Assembly (NCBI GenBank): GCA_049942765.1
Contig: CP188086.1
Location: 240,001-272,000 of the forward strand
Source: Candidatus Saccharimonadota bacterium
Lineage (GTDB): Bacteria > Pseudomonadota > Gammaproteobacteria > Enterobacterales > Enterobacteriaceae
Direction: 5' to 3'
Length of the DNA: 32,000 nucleotides
Numbering within the stretch: position 1 is the stretch's first letter; the number at the start of each line of letters is the position of its first letter. This document shows positions 11,177 through 19,315 of the stretch, piece by piece. A program made the translations under genes and the position numbers. The notes below the pieces were generated by a model. The model was not told the DNA's origin, ran no database searches, and saw nothing but the letters and a program-made list of their open reading frames with translations.

Positions 11177-11965
11177 TTATTTCATAAAATCATCTAATTG
11201 TATACCGAATAAGTTTATAAAATTTTTTGTAGTAACTTCTGATATTGTTTGTAGGCTTATTTTTTTATAATCTGATATATATTTTGCAATATTATATAAA
11301 AAAGCTGGTTGGTTTTCTTTTCCTCTATATGGAATTGGTGTTAAGTAAGGTGAATCTGTTTCTATTAACATACAGTCGATAGGAATATATTTCAATGCTG
11401 TTCTGATGTTGTCGGCATTTTTAAAAGTAATTATTCCTGAAAATGAGATATAAAAACCAATATCTAATAATTGTTTTGCATAATTAATATCTTCACAAAA
11501 GGAATGCAAAACTCCTCGACATGAATAATTGTGTTGATTTTTTAATATTTTAATAGTATCTAGTATTGCATTTCTAGAATGAATAATAATCGGTTTATTA
11601 GTTTTTATTGATAAATTTATATGTTTTTCAAATAATTTTTGTTGTTCATTTTTTTTTTTATCATTGGAGTGATAATCTAACCCAGTTTCTCCTATTGCAA
11701 TAATTTTTTTGTTGTTAAGTACTGTGTTTAAATTTAATATATTATTATTTTTTAGATATAGAGGGTGAATACCGTAACTATAAAAAATATTTTTATGAGA
11801 TTTGTATAACTGTGATACATATTCAAAATTGTCTATTGAAGTAGATATTGTCAGAAATATTTTGACATAATTTTTATATGCTTTTTGTAATACATCATTG
11901 ATATTTGTATGTATTGTTTTATAGTTTAAACGATCTAAATGACAATGACTATCTATTAACAACAT
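11177..11965 (-). CDS. ycfH: TatD-family metal-dependent hydrolase/DNase YcfH
   Basis: 262 aa, colinear with E. coli YcfH: LIDSHCHLD, IGETGLDY, PIIIHSR, GVLHSF, GFYISFSGIITF, ETDSPYLTPIPYRGKENQPA. It holds the conserved position between holB and ptsG. Confidence 0.9.
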   Translation of the reverse strand: MLLIDSHCHLDRLNYKTIHTNINDVLQKAYKNYVKIFLTISTSIDNFEYVSQLYKSHKNIFYSYGIHPLYLKNNNILNLNTVLNNKKIIAIGETGLDYHSNDKKKNEQQKLFEKHINLSIKTNKPIIIHSRNAILDTIKILKNQHNYSCRGVLHSFCEDINYAKQLLDIGFYISFSGIITFKNADNIRTALKYIPIDCMLIETDSPYLTPIPYRGKENQPAFLYNIAKYISDYKKISLQTISEVTTKNFINLFGIQLDDFMK

Positions 11966-11992
11966 AATAATCCTTTCTCTTTTTTTATAAAA

Positions 11993-12978
11993 TTATTCTA
12001 ATGTATTTAATATGCGTTCCCAATATAGTAATTGTTTTATAATTATAAGTTCATAATTAATATTTTTGATATTATGTAATTGATAGTAACATAAATGCCA
12101 ACATCGAATAATTTTATTTAAATTTGTAATGGAATGAACACAAGATAATTGTTGTATCAACAAAATTTGATCAATATTATGTATTAATCTAAATAAATTA
12201 TATTTATTTTTTAAAATATCTAACAATAAAGAAGATATCCAGGAAATTGTTTGTAAACTATTAGTTTTAGAAAAAAAAGAAAATAGGGGTAGAATATTTT
12301 TTTTTTTATAGATAATTTAATTTGTTTAAATAAATTAATTCTTTGTTTCCAAAGAGATGTACTTAATAATTTCTGTGCTGTAATAGGAGAACCTTCACAA
12401 ATTTTTAAAGCTGTTTGGCACATTGTAGTTGTAACATTAGTTTTTTTTTTTAACCAATTTAAACTATCTTGTTCTAATGGTAATAATAAGTTATAACTAA
12501 TACATCTACTAATTAATGTGTCAATTAATTGATAATTATTGTTTTTTTTAAAGAAAAACCAAGTATTCTTTGGTGGTTCTTCAATTAATTTCAATAAGAG
12601 ATGAATTCTATTAGAATTTAATTGTTCTATTTCAGAAAAAAAAAATATTTTGTTAATATTTTGTTGAGGTGTCTTGTATGCATTATTAAGTATATTTGAT
12701 ATAGAATCAATGTTATTATCAGTATTATTTTTTGTTTCAAATATATGATACCAATCTGGATGAACATTATGATTCATAAGTATACAGCTAGAACATGTAT
12801 TACAGTACAAAATATTTTTTTTATTGATACATAATATCCATTTTCCGATATTAAAAATCAATTCATTAATACCTATTTCTTGACTTGATTTTAATATTAT
12901 GGCATGATGACTTTTATTTTTTTTGTGTTGTTGAATTATATTTTTATAGTATGGTATTAACCATGGTAACATATTCAT
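11993..12978 (-). CDS. holB: DNA polymerase III delta' subunit (HolB); reading frame as written is broken by a 1-nt frameshift in an A11 tract
   Basis: Track ORFs 12220..12996 and 11993..12226 are the N- and C-terminal parts of one HolB homologue. MNMLPWL.. aligns with E. coli MRWYPWL.., LIEEPPKNTWFFF with LEEPPAETWFFL, and ISWISSLLLDILK with HWLATLLMDALK. The frames join if the minus-strand A11 run (12297-12307) is read as A12. The preferred start is ATG 12978, which overlaps the tmk TGA as ATGA; the ORF-track ATG is at 12996. Confidence 0.85.
12297..12307 (-). other. A11 homopolymer (T11 on the plus strand) that is the holB frameshift site
   Basis: Counted directly: ..tctat(a)11tattct.. 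on the minus strand. Upstream homology is in one frame. Downstream homology is in the frame reached by +1 A (or -2 A). Confidence 0.85.
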
Positions 12979-13622
12979 TTTTGTTGTTGTATCCATGTAT
13001 TTATTTTCTTAAAAATCATTTTTTTAACTATTTTTTCATTATAATTAGCATTGATTGTAATAGATTTGGTATTATTTTTAATTAATTCTAAATATTTTTT
13101 TCTTGTTCTAATAAAAAAATCTATGTTTTTTTTTTCTATTCTATCTAATGTACTTCTATGATATGCTCGATTAAGACCTACAGTAGGATTTACATCTAGG
13201 TATATTGTTAAATCTGGGTAAAAATTTTTTAAACACATTTTTCTTAAGTACGTGATATGTTTTTTTTTAATTTGGCATCCACCACCTTGGTATGCAAAAG
13301 TTGACATATCATGTCGATCTCCAATTACCCAATACCCTTTTTTTAAGGCTGGTTTAATAACATTTTCTACTAATTGAAGTCTAGCTGCATACATTAATAA
13401 TAATTCAGTTTTGTTCATTACTATTTCTGTTTGATATTCTGTTTTAAGTAATTTTCTAATTTTTTCAGCTAAATCAGTACTACCTGGTTCTCTTACAGAA
13501 ATAATGTTTTTAATGCCATATAAAGTTAAAATATGTTTAATGTATAAACAGGCATTATGTTTTCCAGCTCCTTCAATTCCTTCAACAACAATAAATTTAT
13601 TGTTTTTTTTCGGTATGATCAT
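12975..13622 (-). CDS. tmk: Thymidylate kinase
   Basis: 215 aa, colinear with E. coli Tmk: FIVVEGIEGAGK P-loop, REPGST, LLMYAARLQLVENVIKPAL, VIGDRHDMSTFAYQGGG, DLTIYLDV, LDRIE. It ends in TGA. Confidence 0.93.
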   Translation of the reverse strand: MIIPKKNNKFIVVEGIEGAGKHNACLYIKHILTLYGIKNIISVREPGSTDLAEKIRKLLKTEYQTEIVMNKTELLLMYAARLQLVENVIKPALKKGYWVIGDRHDMSTFAYQGGGCQIKKKHITYLRKMCLKNFYPDLTIYLDVNPTVGLNRAYHRSTLDRIEKKNIDFFIRTRKKYLELIKNNTKSITINANYNEKIVKKMIFKKINTWIQQQK

Positions 13623-13868
13623 ATTGATTTTTATATTTATATGAATGTAATGTTAGTTATTAAAGTTAAATATTTATGAAAATTTTTGTTCATATTCATC
13701 TTTATTGAATATTGTTTAGATTTTATTTGGATTTAATATATGATGTATGTTACTAATATTTAGTAAATATGTAATAATATTATTTTTAATAAAATATTAT
13801 ATGTTATTTTATGGAATATAACCTTTAATTGTTACATCAATAAATATAATAATGTTTATTAAAACAAT

Positions 13869-14117
13869 TTATTTCTTATGATTATTTATTTTATTAAATA
13901 TAAAATCAATTGTGTTTTGTACATTTTTAAGTTTTTCTGCATTTTTATCAGAAATTTCAATGTTGAATTCTTTTTCCAAAGACATAATTAATTCTATTAT
14001 ATCAAGTGAATCTGCATGTAAATTTGTTTTAAATTCATCAGTATTAAGTATTGAATTAATATTGAGATTAAATTGATTAGATATAATTTTTTTAATTTTT
14101 TTTTCTATGTTTTTCAT
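13869..14117 (-). CDS. acpP: Acyl carrier protein
   Basis: 82 aa with the phosphopantetheine attachment motif LHADSLDIIELIMSLEKEF (E. coli LGADSLDTVELVMALEEEF). It lies downstream of fabG as in E. coli. Confidence 0.93.
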   Translation of the reverse strand: MKNIEKKIKKIISNQFNLNINSILNTDEFKTNLHADSLDIIELIMSLEKEFNIEISDKNAEKLKNVQNTIDFIFNKINNHKK

Positions 14118-14229
14118 AATGTTTTTTTATAAATGATGAGTAAATTAAATTTATTAAGTTTTTTGTATTTTCATTGATCAAGTATTTTTAAGAAACAATA
14201 TTATTTTGTTTAAAATATTGTTTTTATGT

Positions 14230-14958
14230 TTAATGCATATACATTCCTCCATTAATATGTAAAGTATGTCCTGTGATATATGAAGATTGGTTAGATGATA
14301 AAAAAATTACAGCATTTGCTATATCGTTAGTAGTACCTAATCTTCTCATTGGTATTTTATTTATGTATTCATTTTTTTGTTTTGTATCAATAGTATTGAT
14401 CATATCTGTTTTAATTAAACCTGGTGCAATAATATTTACAGTTATTCCGTATTTAGCCACCTCTAAAGCTAATGATTTATGAAATCCTATTAAACCTGCT
14501 TTAGAAGTAGCATAACTAATTTGTCCAATATTACCTATTGATCCAATCATTGATCCAATTGTGATAATTTTTCCTGATTTTTTTAATATCATATTTTTAA
14601 TAACTAATTTAGATATTTGAAATATAGATGTTAAATTAGTTTGAATGATTTTTTCCCATTCTTGAGTTGTTGTTTTGATTAACAAATTATTATAATTAAT
14701 TCCAGCATTATTAATTAATATATCAACAAATCCTATTTTTTTATTAACATAATTAATAGTATTTTTGATAGAAACAGGGTTTTCTAAATCTAGTAATAAC
14801 CCTTTTCCATTATTTTTTAAGATATTATTAATATAATTGACTCCTTTAATATTTCTAGATGTACCGATAACTATTCTTACTTTTTTTTTTAATTTTTTAA
14901 TTATAGCTGCTCCTATACCTCTATTAGCACCAGTAATTAATGCAATTTTATTTTTCAA
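14230..14958 (-). CDS. fabG: 3-oxoacyl-ACP reductase
   Basis: Colinear with E. coli FabG: KIALITGANRGIG, NNAGI, the catalytic YATSKAGLIGF, and HINGGMYM at the C-terminus. I place the start at TTG 14958 (product MKNKIALITG.., 242 aa vs 244 in E. coli), preceded by AGGAG at 9-nt spacing. The ORF-track ATG 15036 would add 26 non-homologous residues that overlap fabD. Confidence 0.88.
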   Translation of the reverse strand: MKNKIALITGANRGIGAAIIKKLKKKVRIVIGTSRNIKGVNYINNILKNNGKGLLLDLENPVSIKNTINYVNKKIGFVDILINNAGINYNNLLIKTTTQEWEKIIQTNLTSIFQISKLVIKNMILKKSGKIITIGSMIGSIGNIGQISYATSKAGLIGFHKSLALEVAKYGITVNIIAPGLIKTDMINTIDTKQKNEYINKIPMRRLGTTNDIANAVIFLSSNQSSYITGHTLHINGGMYMH

Positions 14959-15901
14959 ATATCTTTGACTCCTGTAATATTGTTTTGGTTGCAATTTTAA
15001 AGTTTCTAGGATGGTGCAACGATATTGATACAACATTATTTATTGATTTATTTAGATTAGTTAATATTTTATTGATTCCTATTTCTAATAATATAGATAT
15101 ATTTTTTGATATAATGAAATTAATACTTTTTCTCCAATTAATTGGTTGAATTAATTGTCTAATAAGAGCATTTTTAATCTTTTGGCTATTATATTCACAT
15201 TGAATATCAACATTATTTATTATAGGTAATTTTGGTTTATTAAATTTTGTATTTTTTAATATTTTTGATAATTGTATTGAAGCTGATTGCATTAAACTAC
15301 AATGTGAAGCAATATTAATTGTTAATGTAAAAATTGCTTTTGCTCCTTGTTTTTTACATTCTAAGGAAGCTAAGTAAACGTTATTTTTATGACCTGTAAT
15401 AATAATTTCAGATTCTGAATTTATACTAGCAATAGTTACTAGACCATCTGTAGAAAATTTTTTGCATATTAAAAATATAGTATTAATATCTAATCCGATT
15501 ATGGCTGCCATTAAACCTGGTTTTCCAAACATGGACTTTTTCATAAGTTCATTACGTATGATAACAAGATTTAATGCATTATGAAAACTTATACATTGAG
15601 AACATACTAAGGCTGTATATTCTCCTAAACTATGCCCTGCTATAAAATTTGGATATATATTAATATTTTTATTCCATAATCTATAAATAGAAATTGAAAT
15701 AGTAAGTAAAATTGCTGGCATGTATTGATGATAGGTGTTTGTATCTATGTTTTTTTTTTTAATTAATTTCCATAAATCATAATTTAAATAATGAGATGCT
15801 TCGTCAAATGTTTTTTTTGCTTTAGGATAATTATAAGTAAATATATTAAGATTGTTTAAATTACATGATCCTTGACCTGGAAAAATAATCGCGAAGTTCA
15901 T
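14948..15901 (-). CDS. fabD: Malonyl-CoA:ACP transacylase
   Basis: Colinear with E. coli FabD: MNFAIIFPGQGS (E. coli MTQFAFVFPGQGS), the active-site GHSLGEYTAL, IASHCSLM and PINW. The start is taken at ATG 15901, which matches the E. coli N-terminus; the ORF-track ATG 15919 is the alternative. Confidence 0.9.
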   Translation of the reverse strand: MNFAIIFPGQGSCNLNNLNIFTYNYPKAKKTFDEASHYLNYDLWKLIKKKNIDTNTYHQYMPAILLTISISIYRLWNKNINIYPNFIAGHSLGEYTALVCSQCISFHNALNLVIIRNELMKKSMFGKPGLMAAIIGLDINTIFLICKKFSTDGLVTIASINSESEIIITGHKNNVYLASLECKKQGAKAIFTLTINIASHCSLMQSASIQLSKILKNTKFNKPKLPIINNVDIQCEYNSQKIKNALIRQLIQPINWRKSINFIISKNISILLEIGINKILTNLNKSINNVVSISLHHPRNFKIATKTILQESKIFEK

Positions 15902-15978
15902 TTTTAATGATATCTCCATATTAAATTAATATAATAATTAATATTATTTAATTTTTTTATACGAAAGAAATTATATTT

Positions 15979-16143
15979 TTATAATACTTTTTTTCCACGA
16001 TAGTATCCTTTAAGAGTTATATGATGTCTTCTATGTGTTTCACCAGATTTTGCATCAATTGATAATGTAGGAAATGTTACAATGTCATGTAATCTTCTCA
16101 TACCGCGTTTGGATCTAGATGGTTTATTTTTTTGAACTGCCAT
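15979..16143 (-). CDS. rpmF: 50S ribosomal protein L32
   Basis: Not in the ORF track (54 aa). My minus-strand translation is [54 protein letters not shown]. This matches E. coli L32 ([20 protein letters not shown]...GEKHLRHHIT.DGYYRGRKV). Confidence 0.92.
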   Translation of the reverse strand: MAVQKNKPSRSKRGMRRLHDIVTFPTLSIDAKSGETHRRHHITLKGYYRGKKVL

Positions 16144-16209
16144 GATAATCTCGCTTTTCTAGTTTGATTTTATGAAATTTTTGTTAATTATATCTTAAGT
16201 AATGTTTTA

Positions 16210-17151
16210 TTATAAATATTTTTCAAAAGAACAATCCAAAGGAGCTTTAATACATAGTTGTTTTTTTGTAAACGGATGTATAAAAGAAATACTTCTTGCA
16301 TGTAATAATAATCTTTTTTGACGATTATGTGAATCTATTTTTGTATCTAATATTTTAGATCCATATCGATTATCAAATACAACTGGATGGCCCATATGTG
16401 TAGTATGTACTCTAATTTGGTGTGTTCTACCAGTAATTGGTATTGCATAAATGAGAGTGGTTAATTTATAATATTTAATTATTTTAATTTGTGTTTCTGA
16501 TATTTTTCCTAATTGGTGTACATAAACTTTTTTTTTATTAATTGCTATAGAGTTTAATTTTTTTAATAACGGTATTTTAATTGTTTTATTATGATTAGAC
16601 CAATGTCCATGTATAAGAGCTATATAAATTTTTTTAATTTTATGATCTCTAAATTGTTGATGTAAATGATTTAGTATTGTACGTTTTTTAGCAACAAGTA
16701 AAACTCCACTAGTTTCTTTATCAATTCTATGTACCAGTTCTAAATATTTATAATTATAATATAATATTCTTAATTGTTCTATAATACCTAAATGAATACC
16801 GCTGCCTCCATGTACTGCAATGCCAGATGGTTTATTAATTACTAATATATGTTCATCTTCAAATAGAATTTTTTGTTTTAATTTAAGTTTATCATTATAA
16901 TTTGTAATTTCTTTTTTTTTATTATTATTTCTATTTTGTAATGGAGGTATTCTAATAATATCTCCTTCTTGTATTTTATATTTTGGTAAAACTTTTTTTT
17001 TATTAACTTTGATTTGTCCAGTTCTTAAAATTTTATAAATTATGCTTTTTGGGGTTTTTTTAAATTTTGAAAATAAATAATTATCAATTCTTTGAGGTGT
17101 TATGCATTGAGTGATTTGTATTATTTGTACATTATTTATTATATTAGACAT
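16210..17151 (-). CDS. rluC: 23S rRNA pseudouridine synthase RluC (RluA family, with N-terminal S4 domain)
   Basis: 313 aa. It has an S4-like N-terminus (RIDNYL..IYKILRTGQIKVN), the catalytic HRIDKETSGVLLVAK motif and GRTHQIRVH. It sits divergent from rne and next to rpmF, as in E. coli. Confidence 0.88.
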   Translation of the reverse strand: MSNIINNVQIIQITQCITPQRIDNYLFSKFKKTPKSIIYKILRTGQIKVNKKKVLPKYKIQEGDIIRIPPLQNRNNNKKKEITNYNDKLKLKQKILFEDEHILVINKPSGIAVHGGSGIHLGIIEQLRILYYNYKYLELVHRIDKETSGVLLVAKKRTILNHLHQQFRDHKIKKIYIALIHGHWSNHNKTIKIPLLKKLNSIAINKKKVYVHQLGKISETQIKIIKYYKLTTLIYAIPITGRTHQIRVHTTHMGHPVVFDNRYGSKILDTKIDSHNRQKRLLLHARSISFIHPFTKKQLCIKAPLDCSFEKYL

Positions 17152-17584
17152 GTATATATTTTAGTATAACTTTATTATTAAAAGAATTTTTTGTTATATT
17201 TAATTAATTAAATTTATTTAAATAAATAGTATATATACTATTATATAGTAATATTTTGTTAAATATATATTTTTTATATATATAAATTTAAATTTTATAG
17301 AGAATATTTATTCTAATTTTAGTTAAATAATAGTGATAGCAGTTATTAATATTTTTAAAATGATTAAAACATATTTATATAATATCATATTATATATCAA
17401 TATATAATATAATTGTTAATTATAATATATTTAATTGTATTAAATATAAATTTTTTATTAGTTATAAATAATTTTTAATAAATTAAAATATAAAATTGTA
17501 CATATAAAGTATTATTTTATATATAATGTTTTATTTTTTATAATTTTTTATTTCCATTTCAAAATAATACTAGAGATATGTATC

Positions 17585-18928
17585 ATGAAAAGAATGTTGA
17601 TTAATGCCACTCAACAAGGGAAACTAAGGGTGGCTCTAGTAGATGGTTATCGATTATATGATTTAGATATTGAAGTTACTGGTAATAAAAAAAAAAAATT
17701 TAATATATATAAAGGAATTATCGTCAATATTGAACCAAGTTTAGAAGCAGCATTTGTTAATTATGGTTTAAAAAAACATGGTTTTTTACCATTAAAGGAG
17801 ATATCTGAAAATTATTTTTATAAACATGATAAAAATAATAAAAAGATCAGTATTAACGATATTATTAGAGAGGGGCAACAATTAATTGTACAAATTAGTA
17901 CAGAAGAACGAGGAAATAAAGGAGCTTTGTTAACTACATTTATTAGTTTACCAGGCAGTTATTTAGTATTAATGCCTAATAATCCTAGAACTTTGGGTGT
18001 GTCTAGGAAAATTGTTGGTTTTAATAGAATAGCACTAAAAGAAATGTTATTATCACTATCAATTCCTAAAAATATGGGATTAATTATTCGTACGGCTGGA
18101 TTAGGGAAATCAATTAAAACATTACAATATGATTTAGATTGTAAAGTCCAACTATGGCAATCTATCGTACATAATTATCGAAATTATTCTTCACCAATTT
18201 TACTATATCAAGATAGTAATATCTTGATACGTGCATTTAGAGATTATTTGCATGAAGATATAGGTGAAATTTTAATTGATAATCCTAATATATTTTCTTT
18301 TGCATGTCATCATATAAATTTATTAGGTCGATTAGATTTTATAAATAAAATTAAATTGTATACAGGATCCACTCCATTATTTAGTTATTATCAAATTGAA
18401 TCTCAAATTAATTTAATTTTTCAAAGAGTAGTAAGATTACCTTCAGGAGGTGAAATTGTTTTTGATAACACGGAAGCATTGATTGCTATTGATGTGAATT
18501 CATCTCGTTCAACTCAAGGGATGGATATTGAACAAACTGCATTTAATACAAATTTAGAAGCTGTTTATGAAATTACTAGACAATTGCGATTAAGAGATTT
18601 AGGTGGTTTAATTGTTATTGATTTTATTGATATGACATTATTGAATCATCAGAAATCTGTTGAAAATATATTGAGAGATATAGTTAAATATGATAGAGCT
18701 AAAGTACATGTTGGTTGTATTTCTCGTTTTGGTTTATTAGAGATGTCTAGACAGCGGATGAGATCTTCTTTAGTTGGTTCTATTAATAATATTTGTTCTA
18801 GATGTAGTGGTACTGGATTTATTCAAGATAATAAATCTCTTTCGTTATTGATTTTAGGATTGATACAATTAATAGTTTTTAAAGAAAATATATGTATAGA
18901 AGATATTATAGCTGCTATAGAAAATTGA
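17585..18928 (+). CDS. rne: Ribonuclease E, N-terminal catalytic region, terminated as written by an in-frame TGA at 18926-18928
   Basis: 447-aa ORF almost colinear with E. coli RNase E residues 1 to ~447: MKRMLINATQQ, S1-domain IYKGIIVNIEPSLEAAFV, ERGNKGALLTTFISLPGSYLVLMPNNPR, DNTEALIAIDVNS, LRLRDLGGLIVIDFIDM, ISRFGLLEMSRQR, and the Zn-link CSRCSGTG. Confidence 0.92.
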   Translation: MKRMLINATQQGKLRVALVDGYRLYDLDIEVTGNKKKKFNIYKGIIVNIEPSLEAAFVNYGLKKHGFLPLKEISENYFYKHDKNNKKISINDIIREGQQLIVQISTEERGNKGALLTTFISLPGSYLVLMPNNPRTLGVSRKIVGFNRIALKEMLLSLSIPKNMGLIIRTAGLGKSIKTLQYDLDCKVQLWQSIVHNYRNYSSPILLYQDSNILIRAFRDYLHEDIGEILIDNPNIFSFACHHINLLGRLDFINKIKLYTGSTPLFSYYQIESQINLIFQRVVRLPSGGEIVFDNTEALIAIDVNSSRSTQGMDIEQTAFNTNLEAVYEITRQLRLRDLGGLIVIDFIDMTLLNHQKSVENILRDIVKYDRAKVHVGCISRFGLLEMSRQRMRSSLVGSINNICSRCSGTGFIQDNKSLSLLILGLIQLIVFKENICIEDIIAAIEN

Positions 18929-19315
18929 TATTGTTTATTAGATAAGAAAAAACAAGAAATAAATAATATTGAAAAATATCGTTTAAAAAGTCAAATGATA
19001 GTTATACAGAATAAAAATATAAAAATTCCTCATTATTCTATTATTAAAATTAAAAAAGGAAAACATATTAAAAATAATAGTTATAATTTATTTAAAACAT
19101 GTACGAAACTATTATTTCGTAGTAATAGATTACAGATCAATAATATGTTGAATAATTTATCTCAAATTTTATACAATTTATATTTTTTTTATTTTAATAC
19201 TAGAAAAAAAGAAGATAATCAAATTAAGCATTTTAATACATTGTATATTTTAATGTATAAAATATATGATTTTTTTCTTCAAAAAAAAATATTGAAAAAA
19301 TTATATTATTTTTAA
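18929..19315 (+). other. rne: In-frame continuation of rne beyond the TGA (small-domain remnant plus a short tail)
   Basis: It is in the same frame as 17585..18928, with no further stop until 19313-19315. The translation YCLLDKKKQEINNIEKYRLKSQMIVIQNKNIKIPHYSIIKIKKGK aligns without gaps to E. coli SYLLNEKRSAVNAIETRQDGVRCVIVPNDQMETPHYSVLRVRKGE. The ORF track lists only the part from ATG 18995. Confidence 0.75.

Noticed and set aside
12885-13085. 66-aa plus-strand ORF across the tmk/holB junction
   Set aside because: It is antisense to two conserved genes and its translation is low-complexity.
14273-15149. Plus-strand ORFs 14273..14482 and 14940..15149
   Set aside because: They are antisense to fabG and fabD respectively and have no homology.
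17225-17242. 18-nt palindrome aatagtatatatactatt in the rluC-rne divergent spacer, as a possible operator or rne 5'-UTR hairpin
   Set aside because: It is almost entirely (TA)n-type self-complementary low complexity, which is abundant throughout the spacers. I cannot link it to the E. coli rne 5'-UTR hairpins from sequence alone.
18926-18928. Possibility that the in-frame TGA in rne reflects genome-wide UGA-to-Trp recoding, as in some tiny symbiont genomes
   Set aside because: tmk ends with a TGA that forms a canonical ATGA overlap with holB. Every other gene here is full length relative to E. coli with no internal TGA. Conserved Trp positions are encoded by TGG (for example HIWNVPF in ptsG and EFWMLE in asnS). 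One TGA is better explained as a local event.
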